Positions 20,870-30,725 of a stretch of 64,000 bases of DNA are shown piece after piece. The stretch spans positions 103,010 through 167,009 of the forward strand of contig DASCPX010000129.1 of assembly GCA_036012755.1 (NCBI GenBank). Reading direction: 5' to 3'. Positions within the stretch are counted from its first letter, which is position 1. Each line of letters begins with the position of its first letter. A program made the position numbers and the translations under genes. This stretch comes from Myxococcota bacterium (GTDB lineage: Bacteria; Myxococcota_A; UBA796; CAJQPC01). Under the pieces are notes generated by a model that was not told where the DNA came from, made no database searches, and saw only the letters and a program-made list of their open reading frames with translations.

Positions 20870-22120
20870 GTGTTGTTCCTGCTCTCCTGCAGCTGGTCTC
20901 CGACTCTCGTCGATGGCGTCAACAGCGTGGCTGTCGATGGCGTCGACGGGCTCTCCTGCACCCTCCGCGCAGACGAGCGCGAGGTCCACGAGGGCGTCGT
21001 CAACGAAGACGGCGAGTACAGACTCCACGGGCTGCTGGCCGAGGAGGTCTACGACTGCTCAGCTGGCGACGTGCTCTTCGAGGTGGAGACCGAGCCGCTG
21101 CCCGAGTGGATCCCGCCGATCACGCTGTCGGGTGACCCGGAGCTGAGCTCTGGCGCGTACACGCTGTTCTCCCACTTCGTCCAGGAACCTGGCACGGGCC
21201 ACACGGAGCAGGTCCTGCTCATCGTCGACCGCGAGGGCCAGGTTCGCTGGTACCACCGGCTTCCTCCCGAGATCGGCGTGACGGACGCGAGCTACACGCC
21301 CGACGGCCAGGTGCTCTACGGGGGACGCAACGGGAGCCCCGCCATCGTCAGCCTCTCTGGGGAGAAGCTGTGGACCTGGGACATCGTCGGCCAGCACCAC
21401 GACATCGAGATGCTGCCCTCTGGGCGGGTCGCGGCGCTCGTGTACGTGCAGTACTCGGACTACCTGGGCTTCGGCGTGAAGGTCGTCGACCCCGAGACCG
21501 ACGAGCTCGAGTACTTCATCCAGGACAGCGAGTTGGAGCTGGAGCTCCCGGATGAAGTCGAGGACGACCGCGATCTCTTCCACGCCAACGCGCTCCATGT
21601 CGAGGAGCGCCACGGCGAGCTCGTCCGACTCTGGGTCAACCTCCAGCACACCTCCCAGCTCATCCGGATTCAGCCGCGGGACCGGGTCATCGACCTCGAC
21701 GTCGGCCCCGACAGCGAGTGGACTATGGATGGGGACTGGTGGGAAGGCCCTCATGACCCCAAGTTCTCCGGGGATCGTGTCTTGTTCTTCGACAACGGCA
21801 ACGCCGAGCGCGGGACCCGGATCCAGGAGGTCCTCTTCGACGAGGACGACCTCCAGGCGGTCACCAGCTGGACCTGGTCGCCGGGCTGGTTCGAGGAGGT
21901 CTGGGGGGGCGTCGCCTACCTGCCGGACGACCACGTGCTCGTCGTGCGCGGCCACTGTCGGACCTGCACCTCAGAGGGGCAGAGCGCCTTGATCGAGGTG
22001 GATCGACAGGGTGGAGTCGTCTGGCAGCTGGAGTTCGAGGAGCTCTCCGGTCTGTACCGGGCCCAGCCCCTGGGCGGATGTGACATCTTCCTCAACCGCC
22101 TCTACTGTCCCGAGGGATAG
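20870..22120 (+). CDS. arylsulfotransferase (ASST)-like beta-propeller lipoprotein, paralog 1
   Basis: Leader MLFLLSC with an in-frame TGA immediately upstream. Motifs REGQVRWYH, HHDIEMLPSGR and DLFHANALHVEE resemble the ASST family. About 40% identical by eye to the next gene. Confidence 0.55.
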   Translation: MLFLLSCSWSPTLVDGVNSVAVDGVDGLSCTLRADEREVHEGVVNEDGEYRLHGLLAEEVYDCSAGDVLFEVETEPLPEWIPPITLSGDPELSSGAYTLFSHFVQEPGTGHTEQVLLIVDREGQVRWYHRLPPEIGVTDASYTPDGQVLYGGRNGSPAIVSLSGEKLWTWDIVGQHHDIEMLPSGRVAALVYVQYSDYLGFGVKVVDPETDELEYFIQDSELELELPDEVEDDRDLFHANALHVEERHGELVRLWVNLQHTSQLIRIQPRDRVIDLDVGPDSEWTMDGDWWEGPHDPKFSGDRVLFFDNGNAERGTRIQEVLFDEDDLQAVTSWTWSPGWFEEVWGGVAYLPDDHVLVVRGHCRTCTSEGQSALIEVDRQGGVVWQLEFEELSGLYRAQPLGGCDIFLNRLYCPEG

Positions 22121-22129
22121 AGTCCGGGC

Positions 22130-23434
22130 GTGCTGGCCCCCTTCCTGGCGTGCATTGGCAGCTCGGTCATCGACCGGACCCCTCCGAGCGCTCCGGTCAC
22201 CAGCCTCGCCCTGGAGCCAGTCATCGTGCGGGCCTCCGGGACGCTCGTGTGCCGTCTCGCAGGAGAGCCCCACGAGCTCCACAGGGTCGCCGCCGTTGAT
22301 GGTGTCTACGCTCTCCATGGCTTGCTGGCGGACTCCACCTACAGCTGCAACGTCGGCCTGGGCGAGCCCTTCGAGGTCACGACGGAGCCCCTGCCAGACT
22401 GGGTCCCGAGGCCTGTCGTCGGGGGGGATCCGGGGAGCAGCGAGGTCGGATACCTGCTGGCCCAGACCTTCTGGCAGGACGATGAGGATCGTGTGGGCCA
22501 GCCCGCGCTCGTGATCCTGGATCGCGAGGGACGTGTTCGCTGGTACCACGCCCTCGGCGAGGACTACGAGGCCGTCGACGCCAGCTACCTTGGTGACGGA
22601 CGAGTGCTCTATGGCGGCAACGGTGGCCCTGTCCGAGAGGTCGACCTCTACGGTGAGCCGATCTGGGAGTCCTGGCAAGGCATCCATCACGACGTCGAGG
22701 AGCTCCCGTCGGGCCTCGTCGCTGGCCTCATCGAGGCGCCACAGCCCGACTACATGGCCTTCGGCGTCGTGGTCTTCGACCCGAACACTGGCGAGGAGAC
22801 CTGGCGCTGGGAGTCTCAGGACCACCTCGACACCTTGCCGCTGCCGGCGGAGCACTCCATCTACGACGTCTGGCACGCCAACTCCTTGCAGATCGAAGAG
22901 GTCGACGGCGTCGTGGAGTCGGCCTGGATCAACGTCCGGAACCAGGACCTCATCCTTCGCATCGATCGCGACAGTGGCGACGTGGACCTGAGCATCGATC
23001 CCAGGGAGTGGTCGATCCAGAAGGCCGGCGGCGAGGACGCCGAGTGGTTCCACCAGCCCCACGACGTCCAGGTCCGTGGCCACGAGATCCTGCTCTACGA
23101 CAATGGCTGGGTGGGTGGCTACAGCCGCATCATGGAGTTCGAGTTCGACGAGGACAGCCGCGTCGCGACGGGGACCTTCCAGTGGGGCGAGAGCTGGTAC
23201 GAGTCCGTCTGGGGAGGCGTCGACGAGCTCGGCGGGGGACACCTCATCGTCGCTCGGGGCCACTGCACGGGCTGCCCCACGAAGGGGACCGGCGGGAGTC
23301 AGCTCATCGAGGTCGACCGCAGCGCCCACGAGGACGTCTGGCGCGTCCGCTTCGAAGAGGAGGGCGTCGGGCTCTACCGGGTCCGTCCCATCGATGGCTG
23401 CTCGATCTTCAGCACCTCGCGCTACTGCGACTGA
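22130..23434 (+). CDS. arylsulfotransferase (ASST)-like beta-propeller lipoprotein, paralog 2
   Basis: Leader MLAPFLAC lies 3 codons after an in-frame TAG. Shares REGRVRWYH, IHHDVEELPSG, VWHANSLQIEE and the C-terminal LYRVRPIDGCSIF with paralog 1. Confidence 0.55.
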   Translation: MLAPFLACIGSSVIDRTPPSAPVTSLALEPVIVRASGTLVCRLAGEPHELHRVAAVDGVYALHGLLADSTYSCNVGLGEPFEVTTEPLPDWVPRPVVGGDPGSSEVGYLLAQTFWQDDEDRVGQPALVILDREGRVRWYHALGEDYEAVDASYLGDGRVLYGGNGGPVREVDLYGEPIWESWQGIHHDVEELPSGLVAGLIEAPQPDYMAFGVVVFDPNTGEETWRWESQDHLDTLPLPAEHSIYDVWHANSLQIEEVDGVVESAWINVRNQDLILRIDRDSGDVDLSIDPREWSIQKAGGEDAEWFHQPHDVQVRGHEILLYDNGWVGGYSRIMEFEFDEDSRVATGTFQWGESWYESVWGGVDELGGGHLIVARGHCTGCPTKGTGGSQLIEVDRSAHEDVWRVRFEEEGVGLYRVRPIDGCSIFSTSRYCD

Positions 23435-26400
23435 GCCAGGGGCGCTTCGCCCACCGTGAAGCGTCCTTGCTCGGTGCGGCCGAAGTTCTCCGGGCGGTAC
23501 ATCTCCTCGGCCGTCGCGGCCGGGTAGCTGTATTCGCCAGGGGTCGTGGCGCGGGCCACGTAGCTGTAGGTGTGGACGCCAGCTGGCATCCAGTCCGCGT
23601 AGAGCATGACCTGGTCGTCTCGGAGCTCCCGGTGGACGAAGACCCAGTCGCTCCACGTCGGGCTCTCGTCCGACCAGCCGGTGTCGTACCAACCGCCGTA
23701 GTAGCCGTAGTAGCCGTAGCCGGTGTCCTGGAGCTCCCCGTCGCCCAGCGAGGACGCGGAGGTGGCGAAGAAGGTATCCACAGGCTCCAGGCCCGCTGGG
23801 AGCGGGCTGACGACCGCCACGTAGGTCCGGTCGATCGGCGTCGACACGCGGAGCTCGATCTCGACCATCGCGCCCGGGTCGACCTGGTCGGCCACACCGG
23901 CCCCCTCGATGATCGTCATCGTTCGCGTGACGGTGAAGCCCGCGTCCCGTGGCGGCATCTCGTCCATCCCATAGGCCAGTCGCAGCTCGTAGTACGCGCG
24001 CCCGTCCAGAGGTTGGATGGTGACGTCCTTCGAGTCGATACGGTCGATGGGCACCTCGTGCTGCAGCCACTCGCCGGGGGTGAGCTCCTCTTCGAGCAAC
24101 AGCGCCCCGATCCTCACGCTGACGGCCCTTGCGGGGTCCCCTTCGTAGACCTCGGCGTAGGCCGAGAGCGCCTGGAAGCTGCGCAGGGTCGTATAGGTGT
24201 TGCCCCACCGGCCCTGGTTGCGGCCGGCGACGATGCCGTTGGCGAGCTTCGGCACGAGCGCGTGCTCGGGCTCGACCACCATGAGCGCGCGGAGGGCAGC
24301 CGCCGTCGGGGCCATGTCGCCGTCGAAGAGCGCGGCCCAGCGGGCCATGTCGTCGTCCTTCACGACGGCTCGGGTGGCCTCGACGAAGAGGTGGCCCTCG
24401 ATCTGTCCCTGGAGCTCTGTCGTGCGAGCGTCCGGACCGCTCGTGCGGCCGATGGTCTCCATCAGCTCGAAGCGCCCCGTCAGCGACAGCTTGTCCCTGC
24501 GGTCCCACAAGGCCGAGTTCCAGCCGGGGTCACCCTCGCCAATGCGGGCGAGGGTCAGGGCCACGCGAGAGCGCGCGGACCACGTCGTCTCCTCCGCCCA
24601 CCATGTCGGCGTCCAGCGGCCGTCCATGAAGTTGCGGAGGAAGCGCACGGTCTCCTCCGAGACTCCAGGCCCCACGCCTTGGAGCTGTGCGTGGTGAAGG
24701 ACCTCGGCGAGGTGAGCAGTGGCCAGCACGGAGGGCTCCTTCTGGCCGGGCCAGTAGGCGTAGCCGCCGCTGGCGTGCTCGAAGAGCTCGATGCGAGCGA
24801 GCCCGGCGTCGATCAACGCGTCGAGCTCCGCGGGGTCCCGGTCGAGTCCGGCCAGGTCACCGAGGTCCTTCGCCAGGATCGCGGCCAGCAGGCGCGAGGA
24901 GGTCTGCTCCAGGCAACCGTGGGGGTACTGGACGAGGTAGTCGAGGCTGGCGTCGGTGCCGACGAGGACGGTGTTCGAGATCTGGATGTCGAGCCCGCCG
25001 ACGCCTGGTTGGGCGCCCTTGGGCATGGTGATGTGTTCAGTGACCTCGCCGGCCGAGGTCCCCGCGGTCGCGACGGTCTCCACCGGGATCGGTCGCTCGA
25101 TCGGGATGGTCACCTCCACGCGGTCACGATCCGGTCCGGCCTCGACGTCGAAGGTGAAGACGGCCTCGCCAGGCTCCGGCTCCTGGAGCTCGAAGGCGAC
25201 CTCGACGTTGCCCCGAGCTGGCACGGTGACGCTTGTGGTGCCATCGATCAGCTCCACGCCGACGGCCTCTGCGACGACCGCGACCTCGCGGTCCTCGTCC
25301 ACGTTGTTGTGCACGACGATGCCGGCCCGGGCCCGGTCACCGACCCGCAACAGCCGCGGCAGGGCAGGCTGCGCGATGAGGGGTCGGCTGACCTGGATCT
25401 CCCGCTCGGCGCTGCCGAAGCCCTCGGCCTCGTGGAGGACCACAGCCATGATCCTGAAGGTCGTGAGGTCGTCCGGCAGGGTGAAGGTCACCCGGACCTT
25501 GCCCTCTGCGTCGGCCTCCAGATCCGGCTCCCAGAGGGGAGTCGTCTCGAAGCGTGAGCGCAGGGCGGGCCCGGAGTCGCCGCCGCCGCCGCCGGCTGGG
25601 GCGCCCTTGACCAGCAGCGCGCCGCGGTCGAGCACCTGCCGGCGGGAGTCGGCGGTGCGCACGTTCAAGGGATGGCTGCGCCAGTAGCGGTCGAAGGGAT
25701 CCGGGGTCTCGTAGGCGGTCAGGCTGAGGACGCCGTGGTCGACGGCGTAGAGCACCACCTGGGCGCCCTCGGCAGGGCTGCCGTTGCGCGTGACCGAGAC
25801 ATCGACGGTGACATTCTGGCCGGGCTGGTACACCGAGTCGTCGCTCTCGATCGCGACGTCCAGGTGGCGACCCTCGGCGGAGACCTCGAGCTCGGTGTAG
25901 CCGAGGTGCCAGCTCGGCGTTCCGGCGTCCGGGGAGTCCGCGGGCGGCGCGCTCTCGGTGAGCAGGACGGAGACGAAGACGTTGGGTGCGGCCTGCTCCG
26001 TCAGCGGGATCTCGACGGTCTCGGCAGCGGTCGCCAGCTTCACGACGCGGCGATCGAGGATGCGCTCGCGTTCTACGGTGATCAGGGCGGTCATGCCCTC
26101 CTTCGGGGCCTTCACGAGCAGCTTGGCCGTGTCGCCCGGGGCGTAGCTGCGCTTGTCGGGGACGAGCTCGACGAGGTTGTCGTCTCCGCGCGCCCAGCTG
26201 GCGCCGGAGCCCGCGACGTAGAGGCCTGCTTCGCCCTTGCTGGTCCGGCCCTCGCTGTCCTTCGCGCTGGCGCTGATGACGTAGTAGCCGGCCTCCTTCG
26301 GTGTGAAGGGCACCTTCGCGGCGGTCTCCTCGGAGCTCACGGTTGCCGTCTCGACGGCCTCGTCGGTGGGCTCGCTCTCCCAGGTCCAGTAGCCGTCCAT

Positions 26401-29082
26401 GCCTTTCTTCCGGACGACGTCCCAGGTGCGCCTGGAGATGACGACATCGACCGGCACCCCGGCCTGGACCGTGCCCTCGGGGCTCACCGTGACGAACTCG
26501 AAGGCGGCGCCCTCACCGGCCCTGCCCAGACCGGTCGTGCTTCGGAGGCCCACGTAGAAGCTGGCTGGATGCACCAGCGTGTGGGCCCGGTTCGCGACCC
26601 GTTGGCGGGCGGAGTCGGTGACCTGGACCTCGAGCTCGACCTCGAGGGTTCGGGCCTCGTCGCTGACGGGGACCGTCACGGAGAAGGGGATCGCGCCGGT
26701 GGCGTCCAGGACGCCCGTTCCCTCTGCGAGGGTCTCTATGCCCTGGTACTCACGCTCCCACCATCCCCTGCTCTCGTCGCCGGCGAAGGTGAAATCGTCC
26801 CAGCCCTCCGGGCGTGGGCGGACCTCTGAAGCGCGGGCGACCCAGCGGGCCTCTGCGCCTCCCATGGCAGCTCCAAAGAGGAAGTTGCCGGTACCGGTGG
26901 CCTCGAGCTCATCACCGGCGATGCCGTGCTCGTCGGCCGAGACCTCGACCCTGAAGCTCGGCGCCCGGTAGGTGTGCACAGGCACGCTCGCGTAGGTGCT
27001 GCCTTGCAGTCCGTCCTTCGTCGCGAACTCGATCGAGCAGCCGGCGGAGCCCATCGCCATCTCTTCCGGCAGCTCGACGTCGAAGGAGAGGTGGCCATCA
27101 TCGACCGTTGCCGCTCCATCGAGGAGCACAGCCCCGCGCGCGTCGCTGCAGCTCCAGTTGGCTTCGGCCGGCACGATTGCGAGACCCTCGTGGTTGGCGA
27201 GGCGGGCGCTGGCGGCCACGTGAGCGGTGTCGCCTGGCTTGTAGACGCCGCGGTCGGTGAAGCTGAAGGTCCGCAGCTCGCGGTCATCGTCCGCGCTGCC
27301 GCTGTAGCTCAGGTCGAAGTCCCAGAGGTACAGATCGTGGGGGTTGTCGGAGCTGGTGATTGCCGTGTCGCCGTCGCTCTGGACGACGGCGAAGATCGGC
27401 TCGGACCAGTACCGCCAGCCGGGCTCGACGACATCGGTGGAGACGGCGAGGCCGTCATCGTCGGTCACCCCCGTCCAGATGTTCCTTCTGCCGCGCACCA
27501 GCGTGACCGTGGCGCCGGCGACGGGCTCGCCATCGGAGAGGCGCGTGACCCAGGTGGTGACGCCGGAGGGGCCGGCCTTGACAGTCGTGCCAAGGTCCGA
27601 GACCTGGAGCAGCGCCTTCTGGTAGTAGGCGCTGCCGTCGTAGCGCGTCACCGATGGGCTCGACGTCTCGACCAGCAGCAGGGTGTCGCCCCGCTCCAGC
27701 CATGGGGCGAGGTCGATCCTGTCGATGTGGATGCTGTCGTCCTTTGCGCGAGCCGTGAAGAGCTTCTCTGGCTTCGCGACCTTGCGGCTCCGCGAGTCCA
27801 TCAGGTTCGAGCCGCCACCAAGGACCGCGATGACCTGGTCGACGGTCAGAGCCTTCACGCCGACGGAGAGCTCGGAGACGTTGCGGGTTCGAGCCGGGAG
27901 CTCGGTCGGGTTCGTCGACGGGTAGAGCTTGGGGCCGCTCGCGGCGTCGACCATCGGGTCCATGTGACCTGTCGTGAAGCTCCACTCCAGCGGGGTCGCG
28001 TACTCCTGGCCGTGGCTGTCCTTCCAGCCACCCTCGACCTTCACGGTGTACTCGGTCATCGGCTCCAGCCGGACTCCATGACTCCAGGTCCAGTAGCTGT
28101 AGGCCTCCGCGGGATCCCAGCCGTCCGGGGGTTCTGGGCTGATCGAGATCTTCGCTCCGAGCTCCGCGGCGTCCGTCACCGTCGCGAGCTCCAGGCGGAT
28201 CGCCGTGTAGGGATCCACCTCCCTGCCCGTGGGTTGGTGATCGGCGATCCCCGGAGGTGGGTAGGTCGAGAACGACAGCTCGAGCTCGCTCCCGGTGCCG
28301 CGGGAGCCCTCCATCCCGGGCAGGCCGGCGGCCAGGACGAGCTGGTAGGACGTGTTCGGGGCAAGGGTCGCCTCGAGGAGCACGGCGCGCTCGAGCTCCT
28401 TGGGGATGCGCACGTCGTCGAGGCTCTCGGGCTCCGGGCGAGAGGCCGTGAACTGGATGGAGTTCCCGGAGGTGTCGGCGATCGTCGTGCGAACGCGCAC
28501 TTCTTCGGGGTCGGTGGGCTGATCGAAGACCAGGAGGATCGGGTCCTCCGGGTTGGCCTGGTCGGTGCCCTCACGAGGCCAGGTGCGACGCAGTTCGGGT
28601 GGCGCGGTGTGGAAGGTCCAGCTGAGCGCTTTCTCCAGTGAGCTGCCGTCTGTGGCCACGGTGCCGGCGGGCACGCTGCAAGTGATGTTGGAGCTGCGGG
28701 GGAAGTGGCCGCCCTCGGGTGAGAAGACGGCTGTGGTGGTCCCTGCCCACCGGGCGAGGCCCTCGACGCTGTCGCAGGACAGCGGCACCGTCGCCTCGTC
28801 GATGCTCGTGAGCGCCGTGAGGGGCCTGTCGAAGACCACGATGGCTTGCATCGGTCGGGCCTGGTCGCCTGTCGGACCGACGAAGCCAACCTGCAGACCC
28901 GCGCCGACGTCGATCTCGCCGGCTGGCGAGAGGTCGCCTCGGCCTATTGGGAGGATCTCGGCGAAGAACGCGGCGGCCGGTTCCACCTCGAGCGCGCTCG
29001 CGGCAGCCTTCCGCTTGGGACCGAGTGTCCGGGTCTGGACGTCATCGTCGCCCCAGCACGCAAGGGCTAGCATGAGCAACAC
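23422..29082 (-). CDS. bacterial alpha-2-macroglobulin family lipoprotein (~1886 aa) with thioester motif
   Basis: Length and domain order are typical of YfhM-type A2M. Thioester CLEQ in YPHGCLEQTSSRL (nt 24904-24915). Lipobox leader MLLMLALAC from GTG 29082 with SD GGAGG. The track ORF extension to 29556 is junk. Confidence 0.9.
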   Translation of the reverse strand: MLLMLALACWGDDDVQTRTLGPKRKAAASALEVEPAAAFFAEILPIGRGDLSPAGEIDVGAGLQVGFVGPTGDQARPMQAIVVFDRPLTALTSIDEATVPLSCDSVEGLARWAGTTTAVFSPEGGHFPRSSNITCSVPAGTVATDGSSLEKALSWTFHTAPPELRRTWPREGTDQANPEDPILLVFDQPTDPEEVRVRTTIADTSGNSIQFTASRPEPESLDDVRIPKELERAVLLEATLAPNTSYQLVLAAGLPGMEGSRGTGSELELSFSTYPPPGIADHQPTGREVDPYTAIRLELATVTDAAELGAKISISPEPPDGWDPAEAYSYWTWSHGVRLEPMTEYTVKVEGGWKDSHGQEYATPLEWSFTTGHMDPMVDAASGPKLYPSTNPTELPARTRNVSELSVGVKALTVDQVIAVLGGGSNLMDSRSRKVAKPEKLFTARAKDDSIHIDRIDLAPWLERGDTLLLVETSSPSVTRYDGSAYYQKALLQVSDLGTTVKAGPSGVTTWVTRLSDGEPVAGATVTLVRGRRNIWTGVTDDDGLAVSTDVVEPGWRYWSEPIFAVVQSDGDTAITSSDNPHDLYLWDFDLSYSGSADDDRELRTFSFTDRGVYKPGDTAHVAASARLANHEGLAIVPAEANWSCSDARGAVLLDGAATVDDGHLSFDVELPEEMAMGSAGCSIEFATKDGLQGSTYASVPVHTYRAPSFRVEVSADEHGIAGDELEATGTGNFLFGAAMGGAEARWVARASEVRPRPEGWDDFTFAGDESRGWWEREYQGIETLAEGTGVLDATGAIPFSVTVPVSDEARTLEVELEVQVTDSARQRVANRAHTLVHPASFYVGLRSTTGLGRAGEGAAFEFVTVSPEGTVQAGVPVDVVISRRTWDVVRKKGMDGYWTWESEPTDEAVETATVSSEETAAKVPFTPKEAGYYVISASAKDSEGRTSKGEAGLYVAGSGASWARGDDNLVELVPDKRSYAPGDTAKLLVKAPKEGMTALITVERERILDRRVVKLATAAETVEIPLTEQAAPNVFVSVLLTESAPPADSPDAGTPSWHLGYTELEVSAEGRHLDVAIESDDSVYQPGQNVTVDVSVTRNGSPAEGAQVVLYAVDHGVLSLTAYETPDPFDRYWRSHPLNVRTADSRRQVLDRGALLVKGAPAGGGGGDSGPALRSRFETTPLWEPDLEADAEGKVRVTFTLPDDLTTFRIMAVVLHEAEGFGSAEREIQVSRPLIAQPALPRLLRVGDRARAGIVVHNNVDEDREVAVVAEAVGVELIDGTTSVTVPARGNVEVAFELQEPEPGEAVFTFDVEAGPDRDRVEVTIPIERPIPVETVATAGTSAGEVTEHITMPKGAQPGVGGLDIQISNTVLVGTDASLDYLVQYPHGCLEQTSSRLLAAILAKDLGDLAGLDRDPAELDALIDAGLARIELFEHASGGYAYWPGQKEPSVLATAHLAEVLHHAQLQGVGPGVSEETVRFLRNFMDGRWTPTWWAEETTWSARSRVALTLARIGEGDPGWNSALWDRRDKLSLTGRFELMETIGRTSGPDARTTELQGQIEGHLFVEATRAVVKDDDMARWAALFDGDMAPTAAALRALMVVEPEHALVPKLANGIVAGRNQGRWGNTYTTLRSFQALSAYAEVYEGDPARAVSVRIGALLLEEELTPGEWLQHEVPIDRIDSKDVTIQPLDGRAYYELRLAYGMDEMPPRDAGFTVTRTMTIIEGAGVADQVDPGAMVEIELRVSTPIDRTYVAVVSPLPAGLEPVDTFFATSASSLGDGELQDTGYGYYGYYGGWYDTGWSDESPTWSDWVFVHRELRDDQVMLYADWMPAGVHTYSYVARATTPGEYSYPAATAEEMYRPENFGRTEQGRFTVGEAPLAQSQ

Positions 29083-29084
29083 CG

Positions 29085-29122
29085 TGCACCTCCGAAGGGG
29101 GAGGATAGGGTACGGAGGTGCA
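29085..29122. promoter_or_regulatory. 10-bp perfect inverted repeat in the 35-nt A2M / oxidoreductase divergent region
   Basis: TGCACCTCCG (29085-29094) and CGGAGGTGCA (29113-29122), spacer 18 nt. Each arm contains the GGAGG of one of the divergent genes. Confidence 0.5.
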
Positions 29123-30230
29123 GGAATCCTGGCTGGACCGGGCTCCTTCCCACTCGGATGAGCTCCCGACCCGCTGCGACGTGTTGGTGGTCGGCGGCGG
29201 GCTGGCTGGCATCGGGTGCGCGCTGGAGTTGGCACGCGGGGGCGCCTCGGTCGTACTCTGCGAGGCCTCGGACCGCCTGGGCGGCGGTTCCATCGGTCGT
29301 GACCCGGGCCTGGTCCAGGTCGGAACCAGCGAGCACACCCACCGCCTGCGAGCGGCGCTGGGTGACACGCGCTGCGCCGACTACCTCGCGGTCTCGCGGC
29401 GATCTTCCGCGCTTTTGAGCGAGCACGTCGCGGTGCGCGAGGGCCTCGTGCGCCTCGGTCTCGGGGCGGAGGTCGATGAGCTCGAAGCGGCCGTCGAGGC
29501 GGCCGTCGAGCTGGGTCTTCAGAGCCGCTTGGAGGAGACGGTGGCGGGTCCTGCACGCTCTGTCGAGGGCGATGGCCTGGTCGATCCAGTCGAGCTCGTC
29601 GAGGTCCTCGCGGCCAAGGCTCGGGAGGCCGGAGCCAGGCTGGTGACGCGCGCCCGGGTCCGTCACATCGCGCCGGGTCCGAGGGCTCGCGTCGACTGGC
29701 GGGAGCTGAGCTGCGAGATGGTGATCTACACCGCGGGGTACCAGACCCAGGGTCTCGACCGCTGGTTCGACGACAAGCTCTACCCGGTGCGCCTGCAGAC
29801 GCTTGCCTTCGAGGGGGAGCTGCCGTTGGAGGGCGCGTCCGCTCAGCACGGCTACCTCACCTGGCGGCGGACCCCATGGGGCGTGCTGGCCGGTGGGGCC
29901 CGGTGGGCCACGCCGCACATGGAGCTCGGCGAGACCGACCCTGTGTGCTCAGCCATGGTCGGAGCCCGGATCTCGGCGATGACGGCCCGGACCTTCCCCT
30001 CCGTCTCGAACGAGATCCTCGCCGCGCAGGCCCGCATCGAGTGCTTCACCTGCGACAACCTGCCGCTGGTCGGAGCCCTGCCCGGTCAGCCCCGGAAGCT
30101 GGTCTGCACCGGCTTCGGGGAGCACGCACTGTCACTGGCTCCAGGCTGCGCGGAAGGGCTCGCGCGGAGCATCCTCACAGGCGAAGCTGCCCTGCCCGAG
30201 CTGCTCTGTCCTGGCCGGATGGTGCTCTGA
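29118..30230 (+). CDS. FAD-dependent oxidoreductase (DAO/glycine-oxidase-like)
   Basis: N-terminal dinucleotide fold DVLVVGGGLAGIGCALELARGGASVVLCE. Start uncertain (GTG 29118 or GTG 29178). Confidence 0.75.
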   Translation: MQESWLDRAPSHSDELPTRCDVLVVGGGLAGIGCALELARGGASVVLCEASDRLGGGSIGRDPGLVQVGTSEHTHRLRAALGDTRCADYLAVSRRSSALLSEHVAVREGLVRLGLGAEVDELEAAVEAAVELGLQSRLEETVAGPARSVEGDGLVDPVELVEVLAAKAREAGARLVTRARVRHIAPGPRARVDWRELSCEMVIYTAGYQTQGLDRWFDDKLYPVRLQTLAFEGELPLEGASAQHGYLTWRRTPWGVLAGGARWATPHMELGETDPVCSAMVGARISAMTARTFPSVSNEILAAQARIECFTCDNLPLVGALPGQPRKLVCTGFGEHALSLAPGCAEGLARSILTGEAALPELLCPGRMVL

Positions 30231-30236
30231 GGACGG

Positions 30237-30725
30237 TTAGTCGTCATCGACGGCAAGCTCCAGCTGCCAGTCCATCATGATGCCGACGTGGGCGTCCTCG
30301 ACCGAGCCGTCGGGGCCGACGATGACCGTCGTCGGAAAGGTGTCGATGTCGTAGAGCGCCAGGGTCTCCTTGTCGCCGAGCAGGATCGGGTAGCGCATGT
30401 CGAGCTTCTTTCCGAAGGCCTTCAGCCCGGCTGGCGTACCGTCCGCTGCGATGCCGAGCACGGGTACGTCCGGGTGGTCGACGGCGAACTGGGAGAAGGT
30501 CGGGATCTCCGTCCGACAGGGCCCGCACCAGGTCGCCCAGAAGTTCAGGACCACGGTCTGGCCTTTGTAGTCGGACAGCGCGTGGGTCTCTCCGTCGACG
30601 TCCAGCAACACGAACTCGGGAGAGATCTCCGGCAGATCGGGCCCGGGGCGCAAGGCCGAGAAGGCCAGGTAGACAGCCGCCGCGATGGCGATGCTGATGC
30701 CCCAGTCGCGGAGATAGCGCCACAT
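30237..30725 (-). CDS. TlpA/ResA-family thiol:disulfide oxidoreductase, membrane-anchored
   Basis: N-terminal TM, then VVLNFWATWCGPCRTEIP (WCxxC thioredoxin motif). Only the last 162 codons of the track ORF are credible. Confidence 0.85.
   Translation of the reverse strand: MWRYLRDWGISIAIAAAVYLAFSALRPGPDLPEISPEFVLLDVDGETHALSDYKGQTVVLNFWATWCGPCRTEIPTFSQFAVDHPDVPVLGIAADGTPAGLKAFGKKLDMRYPILLGDKETLALYDIDTFPTTVIVGPDGSVEDAHVGIMMDWQLELAVDDD

Noticed and set aside
21971-25557. 845-aa and 849-aa ORFs (21971..24508 minus, 23008..25557 plus) overlapping the ASST-like and A2M genes.
   Set aside because: Shadow ORFs with junk composition. The real genes in the other frames have family signatures.
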